Assembly (NCBI GenBank): GCA_938073895.1
Contig: CALJFB010000004.1
Coordinates: 23,534-87,533, forward strand
Source of the DNA: an uncultured Flavobacteriaceae bacterium
GTDB lineage: Bacteria; Bacteroidota; Bacteroidia; Flavobacteriales; Flavobacteriaceae
Length of the DNA stretch: 64,000 bases
Direction of reading: 5' to 3'
Part shown: positions 19,699-29,702 of the stretch, in pieces
Numbering within the stretch: the stretch's first letter is position 1
Layout of the letters: each line of letters opens with the position of its first letter
Program-made: the position numbers and the translations under genes
The notes under the pieces: generated by a model
Seen by the model: only the letters and a program-made list of their open reading frames with translations
Told to the model about the DNA's origin: nothing
The model's database searches: none

Positions 19699-20445
19699 AT
19701 GAAAATTTTAGTGTGTATAAGTCACGTACCAGATACGACATCAAAAATAAACTTTACAGATGGCGACACAAAATTTGATACCAATGGTGTACAATTTGTA
19801 ATTAACCCAAATGATGAATTTGGTTTAACTCGTGCTATGTGGTTTAAAGAAAAGCAAGGTGCAAGTGTAGATGTAGTAAATGTTGGTGGCGCAGAAACAG
19901 AATCTACCTTACGTAAAGCATTAGCAATTGGAGCAGATAATGCCATTAGAGTAAATACAGAAGCTAAAGATGGTTTTCAAGTTGCTAAAGAACTAGCTAA
20001 AGTAGTTAAAGATGGTGGTTACGATTTAGTAATTGCAGGAAGAGAATCTATAGATTATAATGGTGCAATGGTACCAGGAATGCTAGCCGAATTAACAGAT
20101 GCTAATTTTGTAACCAATTGTATCTCTCTAGAAATTGATGGAACTAACGTAAAAGCCGTTAGAGAAATTGATGGTGGAAAAGAAACTGTTGCTACAAGTT
20201 TACCTTTAGTTATTGGTGGACAAAAAGGATTAGTAGAAGAAAGCGACCTGCGTATTCCAAATATGAGAGGAATTATGATGGCTCGTAAAAAGCCATTAAC
20301 CGTTTTAGATCCTTCTAGCGCAACTCAAGAAACTAATAGCTTAAGCTTTGAAAAACCAGCTCCAAAAGGTGCTGTAAAATTAGTAGACGCGGATAATTTA
20401 GACGAACTAATAAATTTACTTCACAATGAAGCTAAAGTAATTTAA
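19699..20445 (+). CDS. etfB: Electron transfer flavoprotein beta subunit
   Basis: 248 aa; MKILVCISHVPDT, INPNDE, LAIGAD, AGRESIDY, LRIPNMRGIM. Confidence 0.95.
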   Translation: MKILVCISHVPDTTSKINFTDGDTKFDTNGVQFVINPNDEFGLTRAMWFKEKQGASVDVVNVGGAETESTLRKALAIGADNAIRVNTEAKDGFQVAKELAKVVKDGGYDLVIAGRESIDYNGAMVPGMLAELTDANFVTNCISLEIDGTNVKAVREIDGGKETVATSLPLVIGGQKGLVEESDLRIPNMRGIMMARKKPLTVLDPSSATQETNSLSFEKPAPKGAVKLVDADNLDELINLLHNEAKVI

Positions 20446-20548
20446 ATTAAGGTTTAAATTACAGTAAATTTATTTTGGGATATTATTTAGTTAAATTAAA
20501 ATTATTAATTTCTTGAATTAAAGTCAGGAAAAAATTAAAAAAAATTCT

Positions 20549-21511
20549 ATGTCAGTTTTAGTATATACAGAATCAGAAAACGGAAAATTTAAAAAAACAG
20601 CTTTAGAAGTAGCTTCTTATGCAAAAGCAGTAGCTTCTAAATTAGGAACAACAGTAACAGCTGTTACTATAAACGCAGAAGACACAAGTGCATTGGCTAC
20701 TTATGGTGTAGATAAAGTTTTAAACATTTTTAATACAGAATTAGACGTATTTAATGCTAAATCTTACGCATCAGCTATTGCTCAAGCGGCAAAACAAGAA
20801 GACGCTAAAGTTGTTGTAGTTAGCCAAACTGCAGACAGCAAATATCTAGCACCAATTTTAGCTATTAACCTAGAAGCTGGATATGTTTCTAACGTAGTTG
20901 AAACACCAAGTAATACAACTCCTTTTACCGTAAAGCGTACCGCATTTACAAATAAAGCATTTAACAACACATCTATTAACACAGACGTTAAAATTATTGG
21001 CTTATCTAACAATGCATATGGCTTAGTAGAAAATACAGCAAGTGCAACTAAAGAAGACTTCGCTCCTAGTTTACCAACTAATGGAGTTAAAGTAGAATCT
21101 GTAGACAAAGCAAGTAATAAAGTAAGTATTGCCGATGCAGAAGTAGTAGTTTCTGCTGGTAGAGGCTTAAAAGGACCAGAAAACTGGGGAATGATTGAAG
21201 AGTTAGCAGATGTTTTAGGTGCTGCAACAGCATGCTCTAAACCTGTATCAGACTTAGGTTGGAGACCACATGGAGAACATGTAGGGCAAACTGGAAAACC
21301 TGTAGCTTCTAACTTGTATATTGCCATTGGAATTTCTGGAGCAATACAACATTTAGCAGGAATTAGTGCTAGTAAAGTAAAAGTTGTAGTTAACACAGAT
21401 CCAGAAGCACCTTTCTTTAAAGCTGCAGATTATGGTGTCGTTGGAGATGCTTTTAATGTTGTGCCACAATTAATAGAAAAGCTAAAAGCTTTCAAAGCTG
21501 CAAACGCTTAA
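20549..21511 (+). CDS. etfA: Electron transfer flavoprotein alpha subunit
   Basis: 320 aa; VVVSAGRG, VGQTGK, YIAIGISGAIQHLAG, APFFKAADYGVVGD. Confidence 0.95.
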   Translation: MSVLVYTESENGKFKKTALEVASYAKAVASKLGTTVTAVTINAEDTSALATYGVDKVLNIFNTELDVFNAKSYASAIAQAAKQEDAKVVVVSQTADSKYLAPILAINLEAGYVSNVVETPSNTTPFTVKRTAFTNKAFNNTSINTDVKIIGLSNNAYGLVENTASATKEDFAPSLPTNGVKVESVDKASNKVSIADAEVVVSAGRGLKGPENWGMIEELADVLGAATACSKPVSDLGWRPHGEHVGQTGKPVASNLYIAIGISGAIQHLAGISASKVKVVVNTDPEAPFFKAADYGVVGDAFNVVPQLIEKLKAFKAANA

Positions 21512-21536
21512 ATACAAACAATTAAGTAATATTTTA

Positions 21537-21609
21537 AAAGAATTGTTTAAATTAGACCCCTAAAACTGACACAATCGGTTTGGTAAAGTCCTAATTTAAG
21601 CAGTTCTTT
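21537..21609. repeat. Long imperfect inverted repeat after etfA
   Basis: AAAGAATTGTTTAAATTAG ... CTAATTTAAGCAGTTCTTT; 17/19 Watson-Crick plus 2 G-T pairs, 35-nt interior. Confidence 0.7.
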
Positions 21610-21626
21610 ACTTTTTTAAAATAACT

Positions 21627-22265
21627 ATGAGCTTAGTAAGATTAAATATTAAAGGCATATCATACAGCCAAACCCAAAATGGTGCTTACGCACTTATTTT
21701 AAATGAAGTTGATGGCGAACGTAAACTACCAATAGTTATTGGCGCTTTTGAAGCACAAAGTATTGCAATTGCATTAGAAAAAGAAATAAGCCCACCAAGA
21801 CCTTTAACTCACGATTTATTTAAAACCTTTGCTAAAAGGTTCGATATTGTTGTAAAGCAAGTTATTATACATAAATTAGTAGATGGTGTTTTTTATTCAA
21901 GCTTAATTTGTGAACGCGATAAAGTTGAAGAAATTATAGACGCACGAACTAGCGATGCTATAGCATTAGCATTACGTTTTAAAGCTCCAATTTTTACTTA
22001 CAAAAATATTTTAGACAAAGCAGGTATTATTCTAAAAGGAGAAGACGAACTTACAAATACTAATAATGAAGGTGACTTTAAAGATGAAGACGATATTTTA
22101 GTTGATGCACTTTTGGCAGATACTGAAGAAGAAAAAGCAGAAACACAAAAAAATAGTTTGTCAGGAAAATCCCTACAAGAACTTAATGACCTTTTAGATC
22201 AAGCTGTAGCAAATGAAGACTACGAGAAAGCAGCTTATGTAAGAGACGAAATTTCAAAACGATAA
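21627..22265 (+). CDS. Bifunctional nuclease (DUF151) family protein with C-terminal UVR domain
   Basis: 212 aa; LPIVIGAFEAQSIA, RPLTHDL, DARTSDAIALA; C-terminal L..AVANEDYEKAA.VRDEI. Confidence 0.92.
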   Translation: MSLVRLNIKGISYSQTQNGAYALILNEVDGERKLPIVIGAFEAQSIAIALEKEISPPRPLTHDLFKTFAKRFDIVVKQVIIHKLVDGVFYSSLICERDKVEEIIDARTSDAIALALRFKAPIFTYKNILDKAGIILKGEDELTNTNNEGDFKDEDDILVDALLADTEEEKAETQKNSLSGKSLQELNDLLDQAVANEDYEKAAYVRDEISKR

Positions 22266-22270
22266 TTTTT

Positions 22271-23944
22271 ATGAAATCCACATTTCTAGTATTAGCATTC
22301 TTATGCTTTGGTCTCCAATTTTCAAATAGCCAAGAGTTAGAAAAAAAATGGTTATCCACTAGTAACACTTCAGATTTAACATTTAAAGATAATACATTTA
22401 AATTTACATCTCAAACAGATAGTTTAATTGCTACTGGAGATTACATCAAGCAAAATAATCTTTTAATAACTTACTTTTCTAAAGCAAACAATTCTGTTAA
22501 ACGATTTAAAATCGATGCATTAACAGACTCAACGTTAACATTAACATCTGAAGGTAAATCGTTTTCGTATATAAATACCATAAAAAAGAACACTGCTCTA
22601 ACTACTCCAATTAAAGAAAATACTGCACAAATAATAGCAAGTCAAGGCTTTACACTTACAAGTATTTGGCGCGGATTACTAGGAATGGTTTCTTTAATTT
22701 TTATAGCCTTCTTATTTAGTAGCAACCGTAGAGCTATAAACTGGAAAACCGTTGGAATAGGTTTATTATTACAATTGGTAATTGCAGTTGGTGTTCTTAA
22801 AGTTAATTTTATAAAAACAATCTTTGAATTTATTGGAAAAGGTTTTATAGAGATTTTAAGTTATACTCAAGCAGGAAGCGAATTCCTATTTGGTGGCATG
22901 TTAGACGTTACGTCTTTTGGTTTTATTTTTGCTTTTCAAGTTTTACCAACAATTATATTCTTTTCTGCGCTTACATCGGTTTTATTTTATTTAGGAATTA
23001 TCCAAAAAATAGTAAAACTATTAGGATTATTACTTTCTAAAGTACTTGGAATTTCAGGAGCAGAAAGTTTAAGTGTTGCAGGTAATATCTTTTTAGGACA
23101 AACAGAAGCTCCACTTTTAATTAAAGCTTATTTAGAAAAAATGAATAAGTCGGAAATTCTCTTGGTTATGATTGGAGGAATGGCAACCGTTGCAGGTGCC
23201 GTTCTGGCAGCATATATTGGCTTTTTAGGTGGAGACGATGAAGTTTTACAACTTTTTTATGCGAAGCATTTATTAGCTGCGTCTGTAATGGCAGCGCCAG
23301 GTGCTATTGTAATTTCTAAAATACTATTTCCTCAAACTGAAAGTGTAAATACAGATGTAAAAGTATCTCAAGAAAAAATTGGCTCTAACATATTAGACGC
23401 TATTGCAAATGGAACCACAGAAGGCTTACGTTTAGCTGTAAATGTTGGTGCTATGTTATTAGTTTTTGTAGCTTTTATTGCCATGATTAATGGAATGCTA
23501 GAATTAGTTGGAGATGCTACAACAATTAATACATGGATTGCTGCAAATACATCATACACCAGTTTATCTTTAGAATTTGTTTTAGGCTATATTTTTGCGC
23601 CTTTAATGTGGCTAATTGGTGTAGCTAAAGAAGATATGGCACTTATGGGGCAACTTTTAGGTATAAAATTAGCTGCCAGCGAATTTATTGGATATATACA
23701 ATTAGCAGAACTTAAAAACATAGCAAACGCAACTCATTTAACCTACGAGAAATCTATTATTATGGCTACTTATATGCTTTGTGGTTTTGCAAACTTTGCT
23801 TCTATTGGAATTCAAATTGGTGGTATTGGTTCTTTAGCTCCAGGACAACGTAAAAACTTATCTAAATTTGGTATGAAAGCTTTAATTGGAGGAACAATTG
23901 CTTCTTTAATATCTGCAACAATTGCAGGAATGATTATTGGATAA
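22271..23944 (+). CDS. nupC: NupC/CNT family Na+/nucleoside cotransporter with N-terminal exported extension
   Basis: 557 aa; FAFQVLPTIIFFS, NIFLGQTEAP, GGMATVAG, CGFANFASIGIQIGG. Confidence 0.9.
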   Translation: MKSTFLVLAFLCFGLQFSNSQELEKKWLSTSNTSDLTFKDNTFKFTSQTDSLIATGDYIKQNNLLITYFSKANNSVKRFKIDALTDSTLTLTSEGKSFSYINTIKKNTALTTPIKENTAQIIASQGFTLTSIWRGLLGMVSLIFIAFLFSSNRRAINWKTVGIGLLLQLVIAVGVLKVNFIKTIFEFIGKGFIEILSYTQAGSEFLFGGMLDVTSFGFIFAFQVLPTIIFFSALTSVLFYLGIIQKIVKLLGLLLSKVLGISGAESLSVAGNIFLGQTEAPLLIKAYLEKMNKSEILLVMIGGMATVAGAVLAAYIGFLGGDDEVLQLFYAKHLLAASVMAAPGAIVISKILFPQTESVNTDVKVSQEKIGSNILDAIANGTTEGLRLAVNVGAMLLVFVAFIAMINGMLELVGDATTINTWIAANTSYTSLSLEFVLGYIFAPLMWLIGVAKEDMALMGQLLGIKLAASEFIGYIQLAELKNIANATHLTYEKSIIMATYMLCGFANFASIGIQIGGIGSLAPGQRKNLSKFGMKALIGGTIASLISATIAGMIIG

Positions 23945-24015
23945 AATAATAAAAATTTAGCGGTTATCGATTCACAAAAAAAACGGTTACTCATAACAAA
24001 TAAATAATACAATAT

Positions 24016-24046
24016 AAAATCGGCAAACCTACTTGTCGATTTTTTT
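24016..24046 (+). terminator. Terminator after nupC
   Basis: AAAATCGGCAA-ACCTAC-TTGTCGATTTTTTT. Confidence 0.7.
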
Positions 24047-24353
24047 ATTATTAAAAAATTATTTGTACAACTCAGCTTTAAATTTCATCTTCTGCAGGAA
24101 ATACAACACTAGAAAAAACTTAAATAAGAAACATTACCTTTTATTATTCTTCTAAAAAAAAAGCTCTATAACTAATTAAATCATAAGATCATACCTAAGT
24201 ATTTAAAGTAGAATAAAATTCAGATTATTAATCTTAAATCTATTATTAAATTATTATTTTTACAAAACAATTTTAGTTTAAATATTTACTATTTTTAATA
24301 AAATTAATAATCAATTAACGTTGATCTTTAAATTTGAGAATACTTAAGATAAT

Positions 24354-25178
24354 ATGAAACAATATCACGACTTAGTAAAACACGTTTTAGAAAACGGTAA
24401 CGAAAAAGGAGATAGAACTGGAACTGGAACTAAAAGTGTTTTTGGGTATCAAATGCGTTTCGATTTAAGCGAAGGTTTTCCAATGGTTACCACAAAAAAA
24501 CTTCATTTAAAATCTATTATATACGAATTACTTTGGTTTTTAAAAGGCGATACTAATGTTGATTATCTAACCGAAAATGGTGTTAAAATCTGGAACGAAT
24601 GGGCAGATAAAGATGGAAATCTTGGTCCTGTTTATGGTCACCAGTGGCGTAATTGGAATAGCGACGAAGTAGATCAAATTAAAGAAGTTGTAACGACTTT
24701 AAAAAATAATCCTAATAGCAGACGTATGTTAGTTTCTGCTTGGAATCCATCAGTTTTACCAGATACATCACTTTCTTTTGATGAAAACGTAGCCAACGGA
24801 AAAGCGGCATTGCCACCTTGCCACGCGTTTTTTCAGTTTTATGTAGCCGATGGAAAATTAAGTTGTCAATTATACCAACGTAGTGCAGATATTTTTCTTG
24901 GTGTGCCTTTTAACATTGGTAGTTATGCCTTATTTACAATGATGATGGCACAAGTTTGTGGTTACGAAGCTGGAGAATTTATTCACACCTTTGGAGATGC
25001 ACATATTTATAACAACCACAAAGAACAATTAGAATTACAATTATCTCGTGATTGCAGACCATTACCAAAAATGACTTTAAATCCTGAAATTACAGATATT
25101 TTCGATTTTAAATTTGAAGATTTCACGCTTACAGATTATAATCCGCATCCACATATTAAAGGAAAAGTTGCAATCTAA
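24354..25178 (+). CDS. thyA: Thymidylate synthase
   Basis: 274 aa; DRTGTGT, ELLWFL.G, GPVYG.QWR, ALPPCH, YQRSAD..LGVPFNI. Confidence 0.97.
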   Translation: MKQYHDLVKHVLENGNEKGDRTGTGTKSVFGYQMRFDLSEGFPMVTTKKLHLKSIIYELLWFLKGDTNVDYLTENGVKIWNEWADKDGNLGPVYGHQWRNWNSDEVDQIKEVVTTLKNNPNSRRMLVSAWNPSVLPDTSLSFDENVANGKAALPPCHAFFQFYVADGKLSCQLYQRSADIFLGVPFNIGSYALFTMMMAQVCGYEAGEFIHTFGDAHIYNNHKEQLELQLSRDCRPLPKMTLNPEITDIFDFKFEDFTLTDYNPHPHIKGKVAI

Positions 25179-25209
25179 AAGCGATTTAAACATTAAACGG
25201 AATAACATT

Positions 25210-26121
25210 ATGTTCGGCAAGAAAAAAATAATACCAAAAATAGACCAAGAGCAATTAGAGTTAATTACTTATGCCCAAAAACGAATTTCTCAAAAAAAGC
25301 GTTTTTACGGTCACGTGGTTTTCTTTTTTATTAGCGCTTCCGTGCTCTTAATTTTTAATATTTTTTTAAAATTAGGTGCCAATTTTACTGTTTTAGAAAT
25401 CCCTTGGAGTATTGTAGTTTCTATAGTTTGGTTTCTATTTGTAATATATCACGCTGTAAAAGTGTTTATTTTAAATGCATTTATGAATGCAAAATGGGAA
25501 AAAAAACAATTAGAAAAATTAGTTGATGCACAAAAAAAGCGTTTAGAAAAACTTAAAATATCGCTAGAAAAAGAAGACAAACATATTGCGCAATCAAAAG
25601 ATTTTAATAAAAATAATATGCAAACAATTCCAAATTTAACTTTAATAGTGGCCACAGCAGAAGCTAACGAAATTGGTAAAAACAACGATTTAATTTGGCG
25701 TTTACGTAACGATTTAAAACGTTTTAAAGCCTTAACATCTGGACATTGCATAATTATGGGACGTAAAACTTTTGAAAGTTTTCCAAAACCACTACCAAAC
25801 CGTTTACATATTGTAATTACAAGACAAGCAAATTATAATGTACCAGAAGGCGTAATAGTTGTAAATAGTCTAGAAGAAGCCTTTACTAAAATCCCAGAAA
25901 CCGAAAAACAACCTTTTGTTATTGGTGGTGGCGAAATTTATAAACAAGCCATACCTTATACAGAAAGAATAGAACTAACTAAAGTACACGCTAATTTTGA
26001 TGCAGATACTTTTTTTCCTGAGTTTGATTTAAATCAATGGAAAGAAGTTAATAACGAATTTCATACAAAAGACGAAAACCACGATTATGAATTTTCGTTT
26101 ATTACTTATATTAGAAAATAA
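25210..26121 (+). CDS. folA: Dihydrofolate reductase with fused N-terminal 2TM domain
   Basis: ATG at 25210 (MFGKKK); two hydrophobic helices; DHFR from about 25618: IG.NNDLIWRL..DLKRFK.LT, IMGRKTFES..KPLPNR, IGGGEIY, DADTFFP. Confidence 0.9.
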   Translation: MFGKKKIIPKIDQEQLELITYAQKRISQKKRFYGHVVFFFISASVLLIFNIFLKLGANFTVLEIPWSIVVSIVWFLFVIYHAVKVFILNAFMNAKWEKKQLEKLVDAQKKRLEKLKISLEKEDKHIAQSKDFNKNNMQTIPNLTLIVATAEANEIGKNNDLIWRLRNDLKRFKALTSGHCIIMGRKTFESFPKPLPNRLHIVITRQANYNVPEGVIVVNSLEEAFTKIPETEKQPFVIGGGEIYKQAIPYTERIELTKVHANFDADTFFPEFDLNQWKEVNNEFHTKDENHDYEFSFITYIRK

Positions 26122-26187
26122 TAACACACATTTTAATTAGAGTTATTAAACCATCATGTGCTTTTATAGTATCTAAAAACTCTTAAA

Positions 26188-27360
26188 ATGAAAAAAATAA
26201 CATACCTACTTTTAATATTAAGTCAGTGTATGTTTTCGCAATTAATACTAAAAAAAGTTGTTAATGCACAAGAATTAGTAAGTAACCTTGCTGGTAATGC
26301 AAAAAATGTACGCATTACAAACCCTAAAATTACCCAACAAAAACAAACTTTTGCAACGTTTAATACCAACTTAAAATATAATAATTTTATGGATTCTGGC
26401 ATTATAATGTCTACTGGACTAGCCAAAGATGCAAAAGGACCAAACAAACAACAAAACAAAACGTCTCATATTAATTTTATAAGTGATGAAGATATAAATA
26501 TAATTGCCAAACGCAAAGGTTGTTATGATACGTCTCTTTTTGAATTTGATTTAATTTCTGAAACCGACCAAATTCAGTTTAACTACGTATTTGCTTCAGA
26601 AGAATATCCAGAATACGTTAACAAAAACGTAAACGATATCTTTATATTTTTAGTTACAAATACACAAACTGGAACTTCAGAAAATATAGCCATTTTAAAT
26701 GGTGATAAAAACACGCCAATAACTGTAGACCATATAAATCCTTCAAAAAATAGCAATTATTATATTCCTAATGCACAATTCAATAAAGAGTTACTTAAAA
26801 ATACAGAAAACCTCCAGCAAATAGAATTAGCATACACGTTTCAGTACGATGGCTTTACAACAAAACTAACTGCTACAGCTAAAGTTAAGCCTTATGTAAC
26901 CTATCATTTTAAATTAGGCATAAGCGATGTTGGCGATCATAATTTTGATTCAGCAATCTTCTTAGAAGCCAATTCTTTAAGAAGTAACGGAAAAAAACCA
27001 GAATTAAAAGAAGCACTTACAAATTTTAAAGATGAATTATCTTTGGATTTCGATATTAATTTCGAGAACAATTCAGCAAACCTAAAAGACAATAACTCGT
27101 ACTTATTATTAGATAATATTATTAAAGCGCTAATCAACAACCCAACTATATTTCTCAAAATTATTGGACACACAGATAAAAACGGCACAGAAAGTAATAA
27201 TCTAAAGTTATCTTTAAAAAGAGCAAAATCTGTATCAAATTATCTTACAAAACATGGAATTAACCCAAATAGAATTATAGTAGAAGGCTTAGGAGATAAA
27301 CAATTAAAAAGCAATTTAAACAGTGAGAACAGACGCGTAGAAATTATATTTAAACACTAG
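26188..27360 (+). CDS. OmpA-family protein with N-terminal choice-of-anchor-L-like domain
   Basis: 390 aa; FNYVFASEEYPEYV...ND.F, YDGFT, DSAIFLE; C-terminal IIGHTD..G....NLKLSLKRA.SV...L, ENRRVEI. Confidence 0.85.
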   Translation: MKKITYLLLILSQCMFSQLILKKVVNAQELVSNLAGNAKNVRITNPKITQQKQTFATFNTNLKYNNFMDSGIIMSTGLAKDAKGPNKQQNKTSHINFISDEDINIIAKRKGCYDTSLFEFDLISETDQIQFNYVFASEEYPEYVNKNVNDIFIFLVTNTQTGTSENIAILNGDKNTPITVDHINPSKNSNYYIPNAQFNKELLKNTENLQQIELAYTFQYDGFTTKLTATAKVKPYVTYHFKLGISDVGDHNFDSAIFLEANSLRSNGKKPELKEALTNFKDELSLDFDINFENNSANLKDNNSYLLLDNIIKALINNPTIFLKIIGHTDKNGTESNNLKLSLKRAKSVSNYLTKHGINPNRIIVEGLGDKQLKSNLNSENRRVEIIFKH

Positions 27361-27552
27361 TAATTTAATTAACTTAAAAAGAGGTTACAATAAAAAAAAA
27401 GCTAATTTCTATTCTAATACACCAAAGCTTGCTGCTCCTAATTTAAATTTAAACCTTTTAAAAGAAACAAGTTTAGCTTACATAAATCTGTAATTCTAAA
27501 ACTGATTATACAATAGTCAGCTAATCTTAACAAAATTTCATAATTTCGCGTT

Positions 27553-29106
27553 ATGGTTAAAGACATACAACTACGTATTACACTTAAAGAAGAAGAAATT
27601 AGCGATATTTTACTAAAAAAATCGGCTGCATTTCTAAAAATTCCACGCTCAGAAATTACTGGAATTAAAGTATTACGAAAATCTATAGATGCCAGAAAAG
27701 CTAAGATTATTTTAAACTATAAATTAGCTATTTACATAAAAGAAGCCTTACCAGAAAAGTCAGACTATCAGTTTGAATACAAAGATGTTTCTAAGGCTAA
27801 ACCAGTTCATATTATAGGATTTGGACCAGCAGGAATGTGGGCTGCTTTACGTTGCATAGAGCTAGGCTATAAACCTATTGTACTAGAGCGCGGAAACAAT
27901 GTAAAAGATAGACGTAGAGATTTAAAAGCCATAAATCAAGATCATATTGTAAACGAAGATTCTAACTACTGCTTTGGCGAAGGTGGCGCAGGAACTTACA
28001 GCGACGGAAAGTTATACACACGAAGCTTAAAACGTGGCGATGTTAGAAAAATATTTGAAAATCTAGTATTCCATGGCGCAACAGACCAAATCTTGGTAGA
28101 TGCACATCCACATATTGGAACCAATAAGCTACCAAAAGTGGTTCAAAATATTAGAGAAACCATTTTAAACAATGGCGGAGAAATTCATTTTAATACCAAA
28201 GTAACCGATTTTGTAATTAAAAATAATAAAATCGAAGCATTATTACTTAAAAACGAAACCGAATTAGCAACACAACGCGTTATTTTAGCAACAGGACATT
28301 CGGCAAGAGATATTTACCAATTATTAGACGATAAAAAAATAGCATTAAAAGCAAAATCTTTTGCTATGGGCGTACGTGTAGAGCATCCGCAGCAAATTAT
28401 AGACAATATTCAATACCACTGCACAGGCGAACGTAACGAGCTTTTACCAGCAGCATCTTACAGTTTGGTACAGCAAGTAAATAGTCGTGGTGTGTACTCA
28501 TTTTGTATGTGTCCAGGCGGATTTATTGTTCCTGCAGCAACCGCAAATGGCGAAGTTGTGGTAAATGGTATGTCGCCTTCACGTAGAAATAACAAATTTG
28601 CAAATTCTGGAATAGTTGTAGAAATTAATGCCGATGTGGATTTAAAAAAATACGAAAAATTTGGCGCATTAAAAGGCTTAGAATTTCAAAAAGACTTCGA
28701 GAAATTTGCATACGTTTCTGGAGGAAAAACACAAACTGCGCCAGCGCAACGCTTAACAGATTTTGTAGATGGAAAACTCTCTAATACGTTAAACGAAACC
28801 TCTTATCAGCCAGGATTAAAATCGGTTCCAATGCATTCTTTAATGCCAAAACAAATTGGAAGTAGATTACGTAAAGGTTTTGCTGCTTTTGGTAGTAAAA
28901 TGAAAGGTTTTCATACAGAAGAAGCCAATGTTATTGGTGTAGAATCTAGAACATCTTCTCCTGTAAATATTCCAAGAAACGAAAAATTACAGCATCCTGA
29001 AATTACCAATTTATTTCCTTGTGGCGAAGGTGGCGGTTATGCTGGTGGAATTGTTAGTGCTGCTATGGATGGCGAACGTTGTGCCGAATTTGCTTGCAAT
29101 TTTTAA
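27553..29106 (+). CDS. FAD-dependent oxidoreductase (HI0933/YhiN-related)
   Basis: 517 aa; IIGFGPAG, FGEGGAGTYSDGKL, HPHIGT, FCMCPGG, ESRTSSPV, GEGGGYAGGI.SAAMDG. Confidence 0.9.
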   Translation: MVKDIQLRITLKEEEISDILLKKSAAFLKIPRSEITGIKVLRKSIDARKAKIILNYKLAIYIKEALPEKSDYQFEYKDVSKAKPVHIIGFGPAGMWAALRCIELGYKPIVLERGNNVKDRRRDLKAINQDHIVNEDSNYCFGEGGAGTYSDGKLYTRSLKRGDVRKIFENLVFHGATDQILVDAHPHIGTNKLPKVVQNIRETILNNGGEIHFNTKVTDFVIKNNKIEALLLKNETELATQRVILATGHSARDIYQLLDDKKIALKAKSFAMGVRVEHPQQIIDNIQYHCTGERNELLPAASYSLVQQVNSRGVYSFCMCPGGFIVPAATANGEVVVNGMSPSRRNNKFANSGIVVEINADVDLKKYEKFGALKGLEFQKDFEKFAYVSGGKTQTAPAQRLTDFVDGKLSNTLNETSYQPGLKSVPMHSLMPKQIGSRLRKGFAAFGSKMKGFHTEEANVIGVESRTSSPVNIPRNEKLQHPEITNLFPCGEGGGYAGGIVSAAMDGERCAEFACNF

Positions 29107-29162
29107 TAGTAAAAATTAATATATCGTGTTACATCGATACTATTTTAATAACAACACTAATT

Positions 29163-29264
29163 TTTAGGAGCTATTTCCAGCTTTCGGTACTCAATCTTTT
29201 TCTCGTACTGAATTAACTTCAGTACGAGAAAAAGGATTTCAAACAAATACCTCTATCTGGGCTA
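29163..29264 (+). ncRNA. Flavo-1-like structured RNA/repeat element, copy 1
   Basis: AGCT..CCAG / CTGG.GCT outer pairing; perfect 17-bp inner stem 29196-29212/29218-29234; core GCTTT...ATCTTTTT-stem-AAAAAGGAT shared with copy 2; family label from memory, needs cmscan. Confidence 0.6.
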
Positions 29265-29702
29265 TTTTTAAGTAATAGTAAAATGTTACTTTTCAATACT
29301 ATTTAAAGTATAATATATATATCAAAAAAAAATCTGCTAAATACCCGTAAGGTTTCTAAACGCTATTATTTAATAACGTTAAATTCCAAACCTTCAATCC
29401 CAAAAAAAACTTGTAGGTTAAAAAACAGGCCATTCTTGTTAATCTTCTAGATAGTAGAATAGATTTCCATAAACAAACGCTATAACATTATCGTAATGGA
29501 TCCTGCAACAGAGCGCAGTAAAACAAAATCAACTTACTATAACAACACAATTAGTACATATTCGTTAAACTAGTGTCCTTTTATCACGTAAAAAATCTAT
29601 TTTTTTTCATTCAACAACTCAATTCTTGAGACTTTATAGACAAGACATTATACTTTATTATAGAATATCCTTATTTTAGCCCTATAAATTAAAACACTAC
29701 AA

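Noticed and set aside
20782-21396. 204-aa antisense ORF over etfA, and similar shadow ORFs (6089-6385, 26937-27188, 34612-35262, 56368-56697 and others)
   Set aside because: Fully inside well-supported genes on the opposite strand or in another frame; no recognisable motifs; explained by codon bias of the real gene.
25114-25209. Longer start for the 2TM-DHFR ORF overlapping thyA
   Set aside because: TTG inside thyA; ATG 25210 with an A-rich upstream context is more plausible.
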